Of a stretch of 64,000 bases of DNA, positions 1 to 10,580 are shown piece after piece; position 1 is the stretch's first letter; each line of letters starts with the position of its first letter. Position numbers and translations under genes: made by a program. Below the pieces are notes generated by a model. It did no database searches. It saw only the letters and a list, made by a program, of their open reading frames with translations, and was not told the origin of the DNA. The DNA comes from an uncultured Chitinophagaceae bacterium (GTDB taxonomy: Bacteria > Bacteroidota > Bacteroidia > Chitinophagales > Chitinophagaceae): assembly GCA_963696835.1 (NCBI GenBank), contig CAVOLS010000001.1:102662-166661 (forward strand), in the 5' to 3' direction.

Positions 1-88
1 TGATATTACCCTGGCCGAATGTTATCAGCGAAATAAGATTCGCGATGAGGCCAAATGCAAAACATTGGAAGATTTTTCTCATACTCAT
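1..88 (-). CDS. Partial CDS (5' end) of a secreted protein, running off the window
   Basis: Reverse-strand translation MSMRKIFQCFAFGLIANLISLITFGQGNI looks like a Sec signal peptide; divergent from purC. Confidence 0.55.
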   Translation of the reverse strand, partial: MSMRKIFQCFAFGLIANLISLITFGQGNI

Positions 89-226
89 AGTTTTAGATTT
101 AAATTTAGAGCAAAATAAGGATTGTTAAGTTTCCCTTAAAATATATTTTTTTATGAGCGAAATAAAAATTGCACTTTTTTATTTTCCTGACTTTTTATCC
201 TCATTTTTGCATCTTATTCTAAGCCA

Positions 227-1153
227 ATGAATTCATTTTTATTTCCAGGTCAAACCGGTTTTTATAAAGGAAAAGTAAGAGATGTTTATACTATAAAAGA
301 TCGCTGGGTGGTCATGGTTGCCAGCAACCGGATCTCCGCATTCGATGTTATTTTGCCTCAGCCCATACCTTATAAAGGGCAGGTTCTTAACCAGGTAGCA
401 GCCTATATGCTCAACGCGACGAGAGATATCTGCGACAACTGGCTCATCAGTACCCCCGCGCCCAATGCATCGCTAGGTTTAAAATGTGAACCCTTTAAAA
501 TTGAAATGGTTGTTCGAGGAAACCTTACCGGTCACGCCTGGCGCAGCTATTCAGCAGGAAGAAAAGTTTTATGCGGAGTGAAAATGGCCGGAGGCATGAA
601 GGAAAATGATTTCTTCCCGGAACCCATCATCACACCGACAACCAAAGCCGCACAGGGGCATGATGAAGATATTAGCAGAGATGAGATCATAGCGCGCGGC
701 ATCGTTTCCATGGAAGATTATGAACAATTGGAAAATTATGCGCTGAGGCTGTTTGAAAGGGGAAAAGAAATGGCATCAAAACGAGGTTTGATTTTAGTTG
801 ACACAAAATATGAATTCGGGAAACTGGACGATAAGATTGTTTTAATTGACGAAATACATACTCCCGACAGTTCCAGATATTTTTATTCTGAAGGATTCCG
901 CGAACGGCAGGCAAGAGGGGAAAAACAAAAACAGCTCAGCAAGGAATTCGTCAGGGAATGGCTTATCGCCAATGATTTCATGGGAAAAGAGGGCCAGGTG
1001 GTTCCGGAAATGAATTCAGAATGGATTTCTATTATTCGTCACCGCTATATTGAACTTTACGAAAAACTGATTGGCGAGAAATTCGTTCCGCAGAAATTAA
1101 GCCATGAAGAGACGGAAGCCAGGATTGTCGCAGCTCTCAAGAAACTTGGCTAA
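227..1153 (+). CDS. purC: Phosphoribosylaminoimidazole-succinocarboxamide (SAICAR) synthase
   Basis: [24 protein letters not shown] and [10 protein letters not shown] motifs. Confidence 0.97.
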   Translation: MNSFLFPGQTGFYKGKVRDVYTIKDRWVVMVASNRISAFDVILPQPIPYKGQVLNQVAAYMLNATRDICDNWLISTPAPNASLGLKCEPFKIEMVVRGNLTGHAWRSYSAGRKVLCGVKMAGGMKENDFFPEPIITPTTKAAQGHDEDISRDEIIARGIVSMEDYEQLENYALRLFERGKEMASKRGLILVDTKYEFGKLDDKIVLIDEIHTPDSSRYFYSEGFRERQARGEKQKQLSKEFVREWLIANDFMGKEGQVVPEMNSEWISIIRHRYIELYEKLIGEKFVPQKLSHEETEARIVAALKKLG

Positions 1154-1188
1154 CTATAAGCTTATAGAAGTAAGCATAAAAAATCACG

Positions 1189-1515
1189 CAGCTAACACAC
1201 TTTTTATGAAGTTTTTTGGGAGTTAGAAATAGTAGTGAAAATTTTTGCGTTTAGCTTAGCTAATCAATTTTTCAAAAAAAATCAGCTTCCTTGCAGACGT
1301 ACGTTTTTAGAAGAAATTTTTTCTCAGTTCAATCAGGAAAAGCTCATAAAGGTGGACTTTAAAACCTCTTTCAAAATTTCCACATCAGCAAACGGACATT
1401 TTTAGGACGAAAGTTGTAAAAAAAACTTCCGCTTGCCGTGGTTCTTATGCACACGAACCACGGCATAGTTCGAAAGAAAATTTTCACACCAGCAGACGGA
1501 ATTTTTTCCAATTAA
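1189..1515 (+). repeat. Cluster of 4-5 copies of the dispersed CAGCAAACGGAC-T-tract motif
   Basis: Copies start at 1189, 1291, 1386 and 1490, with a degenerate one at 1257, in the convergent purC/proS spacer. Confidence 0.8.
1434..1465. repeat. REP-like perfect 11-bp inverted repeat
   Basis: TGCCGTGGTTC-N10-GAACCACGGCA, no U-tail. Confidence 0.7.
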
Positions 1516-1562
1516 ACTTGTAGAGCTTCAAGAAGGATTATCAAGGGAGTATTCCATCTGCC

Positions 1563-3038
1563 CTAGTAGGCTCTTGCAAACAAAACCCTTTCCGAACTTG
1601 GCTTTCCGGTTAAAATGCATTTGCCTTCTTCTTTAAGATTATTTAATGGAATGCAGCGGATCGTTGCCTTTGTCAGTTCTTTTATTTTCTCTTCGGTTTC
1701 CGCGGATCCATCCCAGTGAGCAGCGATAAAACCAGTCTTTTCGTCAAGAAGTTTCACGAATTCATCCCATGAATCGGCCTTTGTGATATGTTCATCGCGA
1801 AAGCTTCTCGCTTTTTCAAAAATAGATTGTTGAATATCATCCAACAAGACGAAAACTGTATTTGCGATTCCGTCAATCGTCACAAGTTCCTTGGTTTTAG
1901 TATCCCTACGCGCCACTTCCACCACGTTTTTCTCCAAATCTCTGGCGCCAACGGCAATGCGCACGGGAACTCCTTTCATTTCGTATTCAGCAAATTTCCA
2001 TCCTGGCCGGCGGCTGTCATCGTCATCATATTTTACCGAAATACCGAGTGCCAGAAAGTCCTCCATCATGAATTTTACCTTTTCATCAATCATCGCCTTT
2101 TGCTCTTCCCCTTTATAAATTGGAACGATTACAACTTGAATAGGTGCAAGTTTCGGCGGAAGAACCAATCCATCGTCATCGCTATGGGCCATCACTAAAG
2201 CGCCAATCAGCCTGGTGCTTACTCCCCAGCTTGTGGCCCACACATATTCGAGCTTATTCTCCTTGTCACTAAATTTAACATCAAAAGCTTTTGCGAAATT
2301 TTGGCCTAGAAAATGGGAAGTTCCTGCCTGCAAGGCTTTGCCATCCTGCATAAGGGCTTCTATGCTATAGGTATCTTCCGCACCGGCGAAACGTTCATTA
2401 ATGCTTTTCACGCCTTTTATTACCGGCAAGGCCATCCATTCCTCTGCGAATTCAGCGTAAACATTCAGCATTTGCACGGTTTCATCAACAGCTTCCTGAG
2501 ATGTCGCGTGGGCGGTGTGCCCTTCCTGCCATAAAAATTCCGTGGTCCTTAAAAATAAGCGGGTACGCATTTCCCATCTCACAACATTTGCCCATTGGTT
2601 AACGAGGATTGGAAGATCCCGATAGGATTGAATCCATGTTTTATAGGTGTTCCAGATGATGGTTTCTGAGGTAGGTCTGACAATCAATTCTTCTTCAAGT
2701 TTAGCTTCCGGATCAACAATGATTCCATTGCCATCAGGATCATTTTTCAGCCGGTAATGAGTAACTACCGCGCATTCCTTTGCAAAGCCTTCAACATGAG
2801 CCGCTTCTTTGCTTAAAAAACTTTTTGGTATGAATAGTGGAAAATAGGCGTTCTGATGACCAGTTTCCTTGAACCGTTTATCAAGCTGGTCGCGCATTTT
2901 TTCCCAAAGTGCGAAACCATAAGGTTTGATAACCATGCAGCCTCGAACAGCGCTATAATCCGCCAGTCCGGCTTTTAATATCAAATCGTTATACCATTGC
3001 GAATAATCTTTTTCCCTGCTTGTAATTTCTTTGCTCAT
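1563..3038 (-). CDS. proS: Proline--tRNA ligase (eukaryote/archaea-like type)
   Basis: [35 protein letters not shown]-terminal FARAY. Confidence 0.97.
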   Translation of the reverse strand: MSKEITSREKDYSQWYNDLILKAGLADYSAVRGCMVIKPYGFALWEKMRDQLDKRFKETGHQNAYFPLFIPKSFLSKEAAHVEGFAKECAVVTHYRLKNDPDGNGIIVDPEAKLEEELIVRPTSETIIWNTYKTWIQSYRDLPILVNQWANVVRWEMRTRLFLRTTEFLWQEGHTAHATSQEAVDETVQMLNVYAEFAEEWMALPVIKGVKSINERFAGAEDTYSIEALMQDGKALQAGTSHFLGQNFAKAFDVKFSDKENKLEYVWATSWGVSTRLIGALVMAHSDDDGLVLPPKLAPIQVVIVPIYKGEEQKAMIDEKVKFMMEDFLALGISVKYDDDDSRRPGWKFAEYEMKGVPVRIAVGARDLEKNVVEVARRDTKTKELVTIDGIANTVFVLLDDIQQSIFEKARSFRDEHITKADSWDEFVKLLDEKTGFIAAHWDGSAETEEKIKELTKATIRCIPLNNLKEEGKCILTGKPSSERVLFARAY

Positions 3039-3211
3039 TATTTATTTTCTGTTTTAAATCCCTTTTTTATTTATAATTTCTTTTTGAAAAAAATTACATG
3101 TTCATGTTTCATTTTTTTTGAAAATAGTTTACTCTTCTAACGCTTCTTTAACAACCGTTCCTACAAATAATCGTACTACATAAAGAAATATGATTAAATT
3201 TACAGTGGATG

Positions 3212-3219
3212 CAAAAGTA
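3212..3219 (-). promoter_or_regulatory. Bacteroidota sigma-A -7 element for proS
   Basis: TACTTTTG on the minus strand matches TAnnTTTG. Confidence 0.5.
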
Positions 3220-3255
3220 AAACTTCATTACTAATTTATTTTAAAACTTAACGCC

Positions 3256-4179
3256 ATGAAAACGAAACATATACTTCTTCTAGCAGTGGTAGTGGCTTTC
3301 AGCAGTTGCAGCACCGCTTACCGTAGCGGACAGACTCCTGATGATGTTTACTACTCCCCTGCTCCTGCACTGGATACTCAGGACACTTATGTGAGAAGCG
3401 ATAATCAACAGGACAGAAACAGCTACTACAACAGGAACGAAGACCAGGAAATACGCCGGGCCATTCAGGATCCGCGATATCGCAGCAATGTAACGTTGGA
3501 TTTAGGTTACGGTTACAGCCCTTATTCTTATGGCTATATGGGCAGCTCTTTTGGATTTAGCAATTTCGGATATAATAATTATTACGCGCCCTACTCACCC
3601 TATTCTTACAATCCTTACGGCTATAAAGGCCTCTATGACCCTTATGGATACAATTCCTACGGATTCAGTCCCTACAGCTATGGATATAATCCGTACGGAT
3701 ACGGGAATTTTGGATATTCGAATTATGGATACAATTATTATAATCCCTATTATGGCAGTTATTATCCACCCGTATATGGCTATCCCGGAATCGGCAATAT
3801 CAACACAAATAGCGGCCCGAGGAAAGTGAATCTTGGCGCTTACAACAATAGCGGCGCAAATATTCGCAATTCAGGAATCAGAAGCAGTGGTTCCACCAGC
3901 GGAAATCCTGCTCCTGTCAGAAGTTATCAGCCTTCCAACCAGGGCCAGGGAAGCGGAGTGGGAAATGTGATAAGAAGGGTTTTCACTCCTTCAAATCCCA
4001 GAACCAGTTCGCCTTCCAACAACAGGAGTTATGACAGAAGTTCTGACAATAACACCCGCAGCAACAATAATCCCGCTCCTTCAAGAACCTTCGATAATTC
4101 CTCTTCAAGCAGCAGTCCTTCTTCGGGCAATAGCGGCGGCAGCAGCGGAAGCGCTCCTGTAAGAAGTTTTAGAAAATAA
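3256..4179 (+). CDS. Lipoprotein with Tyr/Gly/Asn-rich and Ser/Asn-rich low-complexity regions
   Basis: Lipobox AFSSC, DDVYY motif, YGYNPYGY-type repeats. Confidence 0.85.
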   Translation: MKTKHILLLAVVVAFSSCSTAYRSGQTPDDVYYSPAPALDTQDTYVRSDNQQDRNSYYNRNEDQEIRRAIQDPRYRSNVTLDLGYGYSPYSYGYMGSSFGFSNFGYNNYYAPYSPYSYNPYGYKGLYDPYGYNSYGFSPYSYGYNPYGYGNFGYSNYGYNYYNPYYGSYYPPVYGYPGIGNINTNSGPRKVNLGAYNNSGANIRNSGIRSSGSTSGNPAPVRSYQPSNQGQGSGVGNVIRRVFTPSNPRTSSPSNNRSYDRSSDNNTRSNNNPAPSRTFDNSSSSSSPSSGNSGGSSGSAPVRSFRK

Positions 4180-4205
4180 TATATAGCAGCTATACCTGAT
4201 TTTCC

Positions 4206-4232
4206 AAAGGGATGTTTATCATCCCTTTTTTT
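4206..4232 (+). terminator. Intrinsic terminator
   Basis: AAAGGGATG-TTTAT-CATCCCTTT followed by a T run. Confidence 0.75.
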
Positions 4233-4299
4233 AAAATATAATGATCAAACAGGGAAGAATTTTTCTCCCGTTATTTCACCGCTTAAAAATGTGTGCACT

Positions 4300-5847
4300 A
4301 TGAAAATGAAAACTAATTACCTGGTTCCCCTTTTTTTAATCATATTCTGCAGTGCTGCCTATGCACAGGAGCCGTCCGATGCCTTGCGGTATTCTTTTCT
4401 CACCCAAGGCGGCGGAACCGCCAGAAACCAGGCGATTGGCGGAGCCGGAGGCTCTCTGGGTGGCGAGTTCTCTTCGCTCTTCATTAATCCGGCCGGATTG
4501 GGATTTTATAAAACAGGTGATTTCGTCCTGACACCCGGCTTTTCGATGAAAAACAATAAATCGGATTACCTTGGAACAAGTGCCGGCGCCACAAAAAATA
4601 ATTTCAATCCCGGAGCATCAGGGTTTGTGTTTGCAACACCTAATTATGGAAAAAGCGCCAGGAACTATACGATCGCAATTGGCGTTAGCAAGGCCGCTGA
4701 TTTTAATAACTACATTTATTACAAAGGACTAAACAAAACCTCTTCCTATTCAGAAAAATTTCTGGAAGAATTGATCGACAATAATGTCACCAATCCCGAC
4801 AGTGCTGCGCGGTATTATCCGTATGGAACGAGCGAGGCGTACAACACTTATCTCATCAACCCTGTTTTAAATCCTGACAATACGGTTTCCGGTTATTCAA
4901 GTCTTGCCAATCCGGCTTTCGGACTGACTCAGGAAAACACCATCATTACCTCAGGCGGAATTACCGACCTTGCCATTGGAGGCGCCGTCAACCTGCTGGA
5001 TAAATGGTATATTGGAGGAACACTTACACTGCCATTCTTAAATTATCACCGCGAGACAATCTACAGGGAAACCGATGCGTCAGGAATCACCAATAATAAT
5101 TTCAATTTTTTTGAGGTAGATGATTTTCTGCATACAAAAGGAGTTGGCATCAATGCAAAATTCGGTGTGATTTATAAACCGCAGGAATCTGTCCGGATCG
5201 GATTCGCAATTCATACCCCTACATTTTACCAGTTAACCGACACTTATACCACAAAAGTTACCACTGATCTTGAAGGATATGGCGGGCCGGGAATAAAATT
5301 CCAGAGTTCAACGGATCTCGCTTCAACAAATAATTTACCCGGGCAATCAAAGTATAATCTTACGACTCCATGGAGGGCCATATTGAGCGGAACCTATGTT
5401 TTTGGAGATGTAATGAATGTAGCAAGCCAGCATGGTTTTGTTACCGCGGATGTTGAATATGTGAATTACAAAGACGCTTCTTTCCATGCGGTTGATAATG
5501 ATATAGCTTCGAAAGATTATTTCAGGTCGGTAAACAGCATCATTGACAATCTTTATAAAAACGCCATCAATGCACGACTGGGTGGCGAGTTGAAAGTGAA
5601 CACGATTATGTTCCGGCTTGGAGGCGCTTACTACGGAAATCCTTATCAGAACCAGAGCGCCGATAATTTTAAAGTAAGCGGCGGACTCGGCTACAGGAAC
5701 AAGGGATTGTATATTGATCTCACTTATGTATATTCGCTAAGCAAGGATATCAATTATCCTTACCTGCTCGAAGACAAAGCGAATGTTCCTGCATATTTAA
5801 AAAACAATGCAGGTAATATAGTTGCAACTTTTGGAATTAAGTTTTAA
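4300..5847 (+). CDS. Outer-membrane beta-barrel, OmpP1/FadL-like
   Basis: Signal peptide, GTARxxAIGGAGGSLGG and NPAGLG motifs, C-terminal GIKF. Confidence 0.85.
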   Translation: MKMKTNYLVPLFLIIFCSAAYAQEPSDALRYSFLTQGGGTARNQAIGGAGGSLGGEFSSLFINPAGLGFYKTGDFVLTPGFSMKNNKSDYLGTSAGATKNNFNPGASGFVFATPNYGKSARNYTIAIGVSKAADFNNYIYYKGLNKTSSYSEKFLEELIDNNVTNPDSAARYYPYGTSEAYNTYLINPVLNPDNTVSGYSSLANPAFGLTQENTIITSGGITDLAIGGAVNLLDKWYIGGTLTLPFLNYHRETIYRETDASGITNNNFNFFEVDDFLHTKGVGINAKFGVIYKPQESVRIGFAIHTPTFYQLTDTYTTKVTTDLEGYGGPGIKFQSSTDLASTNNLPGQSKYNLTTPWRAILSGTYVFGDVMNVASQHGFVTADVEYVNYKDASFHAVDNDIASKDYFRSVNSIIDNLYKNAINARLGGELKVNTIMFRLGGAYYGNPYQNQSADNFKVSGGLGYRNKGLYIDLTYVYSLSKDINYPYLLEDKANVPAYLKNNAGNIVATFGIKF

Positions 5848-5860
5848 ATGCAAAGCGATT

Positions 5861-6712
5861 TCATATGTCCGCCGTTATGTATTTTTTAAACCAGGTCATT
5901 TGTCTTTTTGCATAACGGCGGGTATTTTTCTTTATTTCTTCAACGGCTTCTGGCAGGGAAATTTTGCCTTCCATATAATCAAACAATTCCTTGTAACCCA
6001 CTGTCTGCAAGGCATTGAGGTGTTTATATTTAAATAATGATTCAGCTTCCTGCAACAAGCCTGCCTCCATCATTTCATCAACCCTGTGGTTAATGTTCCG
6101 ATAAAGCTGCTCCCTCGGGATCTCCATCAAAACATTTTTTATTTCAAAATCTCGCTGTATTTTTTTTCCAGAATGAAGATCAAGAATTGATTTTCCGGAA
6201 GACATTTTTACTTCAAGGGCGCGCAGCATCCTTTGCGGATTTTGCATTTCACCTTTTTGAAAAAAAACGGGATCATATTTTTTGATTTGATCCTGAAGCC
6301 ATTGCAGTCCATTCAATTTGTATTCTTCGCTTAACTGCCGGCGCAAATTTTCATCAACAGCGGGAATCTCATCCAACCCTTCAGCAAATGCTTTGATGTA
6401 AAGCCCTGTGCCTCCAACCATAATCGCCGTCTCATGATTTTTGAAAATTTCGTTCACAGCCTTGAGGGCATATTCTTCAAAAGTTTTCACATTCACCTCT
6501 TCAAGAACAGAATGGCTGTTTATGAAATAATGATGAACTTTCTGAAGCTGCTCTTCAGAAGGTTTGGCTACGCCGATGTTAAGTTCCTTAAAACATTGGC
6601 GACTGTCGGCGGAAATAATTTGCGTTTTGTTTTGAAGGGCCAGTTCAATGCCATAGGAAGTTTTGCCAACCGCTGTTGGCCCGCAAACAACAATGCAGGT
6701 TTTTTTATTCAT
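5861..6712 (-). CDS. miaA: tRNA (A37) dimethylallyltransferase
   Basis: GPTAVGKT, ISADSRQ, VGGTGLY, TRRYAKRQMTWF; true start at MNKKT (6712). Confidence 0.96.
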   Translation of the reverse strand: MNKKTCIVVCGPTAVGKTSYGIELALQNKTQIISADSRQCFKELNIGVAKPSEEQLQKVHHYFINSHSVLEEVNVKTFEEYALKAVNEIFKNHETAIMVGGTGLYIKAFAEGLDEIPAVDENLRRQLSEEYKLNGLQWLQDQIKKYDPVFFQKGEMQNPQRMLRALEVKMSSGKSILDLHSGKKIQRDFEIKNVLMEIPREQLYRNINHRVDEMMEAGLLQEAESLFKYKHLNALQTVGYKELFDYMEGKISLPEAVEEIKKNTRRYAKRQMTWFKKYITADI

Positions 6713-6752
6713 GCTTCGATTCCTGCTATATAATGGCTTATAAATTAATAAT

Positions 6753-7322
6753 TTAAATTTCCTCCTGGGTATTTTCCTCAATATTTTCATCCTCGTCATT
6801 CCCATCGGTTTCATCGCCTTCCTCACCATAACCATCAGCAAGGATTGAAGTATTAATATCGTACTTCTCTTCAATTTCGGCGAGCTTTTCATTAACCAAC
6901 CCTTTCGTACCATATTGGCTTGGACCGATGCCCTCGCTACGAATGCAGGAAGGATAAGTAAGTTTATGATTTTCCTCCTTGTTCACATTGATCAGCTCAA
7001 CCATGAACGTCCAGTTTTTATGGAAATCATAGACGTAGATAAATTTTTGGTTAGGATCCCTGATTTCTGAACCAATCGTTGAATCACTCATCAATAAAGG
7101 CTCCGCTTTGTATGGCTTGTCATATTTTTCGAGCGTAATTTCACGGCCGCGTTGCCAGTTGTCATTGCTCCTGAAGAAGGTTGCAGGATGCCTGGTGTCG
7201 AATTCAAAACACTTCAATATGATTTCATGAAGTTCAAAAAAACTCTGTGTGTGCTTAATGACTACATCGCGATAAACACTATCGTCATCTTCCCAATAAA
7301 CTCTGAATTTTAAAATTGCCAT
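6753..7322 (-). CDS. pRiA4b ORF-3 / 'IS1096 passenger TnpR' family protein with acidic tail
   Basis: YVYDFxxxWTFMVEL motif; position upstream of miaA. Confidence 0.75.
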   Translation of the reverse strand: MAILKFRVYWEDDDSVYRDVVIKHTQSFFELHEIILKCFEFDTRHPATFFRSNDNWQRGREITLEKYDKPYKAEPLLMSDSTIGSEIRDPNQKFIYVYDFHKNWTFMVELINVNKEENHKLTYPSCIRSEGIGPSQYGTKGLVNEKLAEIEEKYDINTSILADGYGEEGDETDGNDEDENIEENTQEEI

Positions 7323-7427
7323 GACACAAATTTAAGACTTCCTTGTCAATTATCAGGGATGTGGTATGAGGAATGTGGTTATAGGACTGTGGCAGTGTTG
7401 CTGTATTTCATGAAAAGAAAAAATATG

Positions 7428-8154
7428 GATGAGTGATTTTTTTCTTCTTTTTTCTGAAATAACTTTTTTTAAATGCAATTCCCGCGAAGCGGAAAAAAAA
7501 CTTTAAAAAAGTGTGTTTGCTGGAGAGATTGTTTTCTTTTTTGGATTACATAAAAGAAAATGCATTTACATAAGTTTGCTTGGGGGGTGTTCATTTTGTG
7601 AAAGATTTTTTTTGCGTCCGGTAGTGTGTTGTATAAAAAGAAAAAATGTAGCTGACGGATTTTTTTTCTTCTTTTTTAGAACAGGATTTTTTAGCAAGGC
7701 ACTTCCCGCGAAGCGAAAAAAATCTTTGAAAAAGTGTGTTTGCTGAAAGATTGATTTCTTGTTTGGATTACATGAAAGAAAATACATTTACATGAGATCG
7801 CTTCGCGATGAAAGGCTTTCTTTTCCCAATGACGGGTGGCAGTGTTTTTTTTTATTTTTTAGAAAATATTTTTTTCGCGAGGCACTTCCCGCGAAGCGGA
7901 AAAAATCTTTGAAAAAAATGCGTTTGCTGAAAGCTTGTTTTCTTGTTTGGATTCATAAAAAAAAAAGCATTTACATGAGATTTCTTCGGCGCGTAGTGTT
8001 TATTTTGTGAAAGATTTTTTCGCGCCCGGCGGTGTGTTGAATTAAAAGAAAAAATGTAGCTGACGGATTTTTTTTCTTCTTTTTTAGAACTGTATTTTTT
8101 AGCGAGGCACTTCCCGCGAAGCGGAAAAAATCTTTGAAAAAAATGCGTTTGCTG
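7428..8154. repeat. Four-unit degenerate tandem repeat (periods 223, 184, 225 bp)
   Basis: TTCCCGCGAAGCG followed by the reverse motif ending GTTTGCTG at 7522, 7745, 7929 and 8154; 7522-7745 is nearly identical to 7929-8154. Confidence 0.92.
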
Positions 8155-8247
8155 ATGATGAAAAGTATGAAAACATAGAAAACCTCAACTAAAAACAGGG
8201 CTTTTTTATTATGTTAAAATCGGCGCGCTTCATTTTTCATTTTACCC

Positions 8248-8255
8248 TATCTTTG
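8248..8255 (+). promoter_or_regulatory. Sigma-A -7 element for pdhA
   Basis: TATCTTTG 20 bp before the TTG start. Confidence 0.55.
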
Positions 8256-8274
8256 CGGCCTAAAATTTATAACC

Positions 8275-9267
8275 TTGGCTACAAAGTTTTCTAAAGAAAC
8301 TTATTTATACTGGTACGAGCTGATGCTTTTACTTCGCCGGTTTGAAGAAAAATCCGGCCAATTGTATGGGATGCAAAAGATTCGCGGTTTCTGTCACTTA
8401 TATATAGGGCAGGAAGCGATTGCTGCCGGTTGCATGACGGCTACAAAACCTGATGATATATTTATTACGGCTTACAGGGATCACGGTCTCGCTATTGCAA
8501 AAGGTGTTAGTGCCAAATCATGCATGGCGGAATTGTATGGCAAAGCAACAGGCTGCAGCAAAGGAAAAGGCGGAAGCATGCACTTCTTCGGTGTGAAAGA
8601 AAGGTTTTTTGGCGGACACGGAATCGTGGGCGCGCAAATAGGAACCGGTGCAGGCCTCGCATTTGCTGAAAAATATAAAGGAACTGACAATGTAGTTTTG
8701 TGTTTTTTCGGTGATGGCGCTGCCAGGCAGGGAATGCTGCACGAAGCTTTTAATATGGCGATGCTTTGGAGGTTGCCGGTGATTTTTATTTGTGAAAACA
8801 ATAACTACGCCATGGGAACTTCCGTTGCAAGAACTTCCAATGTGCTTGATATTTATAAACTTGCCGATGCTTACGAAATGCCCGGCGATCAGGTGGATGG
8901 AATGGTTCCTGAAGCGGTTCATGAAGGCATTGTGCGCGCGGTTAAGAGAGCCAGGGAGCAGGGCGGCCCTACCCTGCTTGAAATAAAAACCTATCGCTAC
9001 AAAGGTCACAGCATGAGCGATCCTGCAAAGTATCGCAGCAAGGAAGAAATGGAAGAATACAAGCTTCAGGATCCGATTGAAACTACATTGGCAAAACTGC
9101 AAAAAGATTTTGGGGTAACAGAAGAAGAAATTGAAGTAATAAATGAAAGGGTTAAGCACGAGGTTGAAGAATCCGTTCAGTTTGCCGAAGAAAGTCCTTA
9201 TCCTGATGATAGCGAAGTGTTGAAAGATGTTTACGCCCAGGAAGATTATCCTTTTATAATGGATTAA
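8275..9267 (+). CDS. pdhA: Pyruvate dehydrogenase E1 alpha subunit
   Basis: IRGFCHLYIGQEA, GKGGSMH, TPP motif GDGA...N, YRYKGHSMSDP; TTG start. Confidence 0.96.
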   Translation: MATKFSKETYLYWYELMLLLRRFEEKSGQLYGMQKIRGFCHLYIGQEAIAAGCMTATKPDDIFITAYRDHGLAIAKGVSAKSCMAELYGKATGCSKGKGGSMHFFGVKERFFGGHGIVGAQIGTGAGLAFAEKYKGTDNVVLCFFGDGAARQGMLHEAFNMAMLWRLPVIFICENNNYAMGTSVARTSNVLDIYKLADAYEMPGDQVDGMVPEAVHEGIVRAVKRAREQGGPTLLEIKTYRYKGHSMSDPAKYRSKEEMEEYKLQDPIETTLAKLQKDFGVTEEEIEVINERVKHEVEESVQFAEESPYPDDSEVLKDVYAQEDYPFIMD

Positions 9268-9337
9268 GATTTTTTAAAACCAAAATTAAACTTCTGCCTG
9301 AGCCACCTTCAGGCGGTAAACAAAAAAAACAATAAAA

Positions 9338-10045
9338 ATGTCGGACAAAAAAATAAACAAAACAGAAGTGGATGTAGTTGAAAAAGCAAGGGGTTATTGG
9401 GAAAATTATAGCAAGCCGGTGATGTATGCAGGTTCTGCTATCATCGTTTTAATCGCAGCCTGGACGATTTACAAATACATGTTCAAAGTTCCAAAAGAAG
9501 AAAAAGCGAACGATATTGTTTTTGTGACTCAGAAATATTTTTCTGAATTCAGTACAGCAACTGATTCCAACAAAGTTCAATTGGCAACTTTGTGCCTGAA
9601 CGGTGATGGCACCAATCCTGGCGCCTTGAAAATCATCAATAACTATCCGGGAACCGACGCCGCCAATTTGTGTGAATATTATGCAGGAGCCTGCTACCTT
9701 CATCTCGGTCAGTTTGACAAAGCAATTAAATTCCTTAAAGAGTTTGACGCTGACGGGGCAACTCAGATCAAGAGCCGTGCTTTTGGAATGATCGCCGATG
9801 CTAACGCCGAATTAAATAAGAATGACGAAGCGCTCAGCTATTACAAAAAAGCTGCTGACGTAAACAGCAAGGATGAATACACTTCTTCTGAGTTTCTTTT
9901 CAAAGCCGCGCTGTTCGCAGAAACGATTGGAAAAACAAAAGAAGCGGTTGATCTCTTCAAAAAATTGAAATCTGATTTTCCGCTTACTGAAAAGGCCGCT
10001 GACGCAGATCGTTATCTTGCAAGGCTTGGCGAATTTTCAGAATAA
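9338..10045 (+). CDS. Membrane-anchored tetratricopeptide-repeat protein (YfgM-like)
   Basis: One N-terminal TM helix followed by TPR-like helices; adjacent to ribH. Confidence 0.85.
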   Translation: MSDKKINKTEVDVVEKARGYWENYSKPVMYAGSAIIVLIAAWTIYKYMFKVPKEEKANDIVFVTQKYFSEFSTATDSNKVQLATLCLNGDGTNPGALKIINNYPGTDAANLCEYYAGACYLHLGQFDKAIKFLKEFDADGATQIKSRAFGMIADANAELNKNDEALSYYKKAADVNSKDEYTSSEFLFKAALFAETIGKTKEAVDLFKKLKSDFPLTEKAADADRYLARLGEFSE

Positions 10046-10057
10046 ATTTTAAATTAA

Positions 10058-10549
10058 ATGGCAACTGTAAACGAAGATCTTTACAATATTAATGCAGGCA
10101 TCCTACAGAAGGATGCCTGTATCATTATTGTGCATACTCAATGGAATCCCGGAACGGTAAACAAATTAGTGGAGGGCTGTGTAAATACCCTGAACCGGTT
10201 TGAAATGAACAATTATAAGACCATTAGCGTTCCCGGCGCTTTTGAAATCCCTTTCACGATAAAAAGCTTTTGGGATTCTTATCAAAATAAGTTTGAAAAG
10301 CCGCACGCTTTTATCGCGCTGGGTTGTGTATTGCGCGGCGACACTCCTCATTTTGATTATGTTTGCAAAGCGGTGACTGACGGCATTCTGCAGCTCAACC
10401 TCACATTGCCTGTGCCCTCCATTTTCGGGGTACTCACGGTTGATAATCAGCAACAGGCTGATGACCGCACGGGAGGAATTCATGGCAACAAGGGTGAAGA
10501 AGCGGCGCTGTCGGCATTGAAGATGATTTCGCTTAAATATTCTGTGTAA
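10058..10549 (+). CDS. ribH: 6,7-dimethyl-8-ribityllumazine synthase
   Basis: VPGAFEIP, LGCVLRGDTPHFDYV, FGVLT, NKGEEAA. Confidence 0.96.
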   Translation: MATVNEDLYNINAGILQKDACIIIVHTQWNPGTVNKLVEGCVNTLNRFEMNNYKTISVPGAFEIPFTIKSFWDSYQNKFEKPHAFIALGCVLRGDTPHFDYVCKAVTDGILQLNLTLPVPSIFGVLTVDNQQQADDRTGGIHGNKGEEAALSALKMISLKYSV

Positions 10550-10580
10550 ACCTCATTATTAAAAAGCCAGTTTCGCACCC

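Noticed and set aside
1563-3038. Eukaryote-like ProRS, and GlnRS at 58990-60636, as horizontal-transfer signals
   Set aside because: Both are normal for Bacteroidota
5861-6913. Long N-terminal extensions in the ORF track (miaA, porin, trhO, PRTase, GT2, ssb)
   Set aside because: Artefacts of choosing the most upstream start; homology begins at downstream ATGs
6753-7322. 'IS1096 passenger/plasmid pRiA4b' family name suggesting a mobile element
   Set aside because: No transposase or terminal repeats; it sits as an ordinary chromosomal neighbour of miaA
7513-8010. ORFs of 73-83 aa in the pdhA upstream region
   Set aside because: Phe/Lys-rich translations of A/T-tract repeats with no protein-like features
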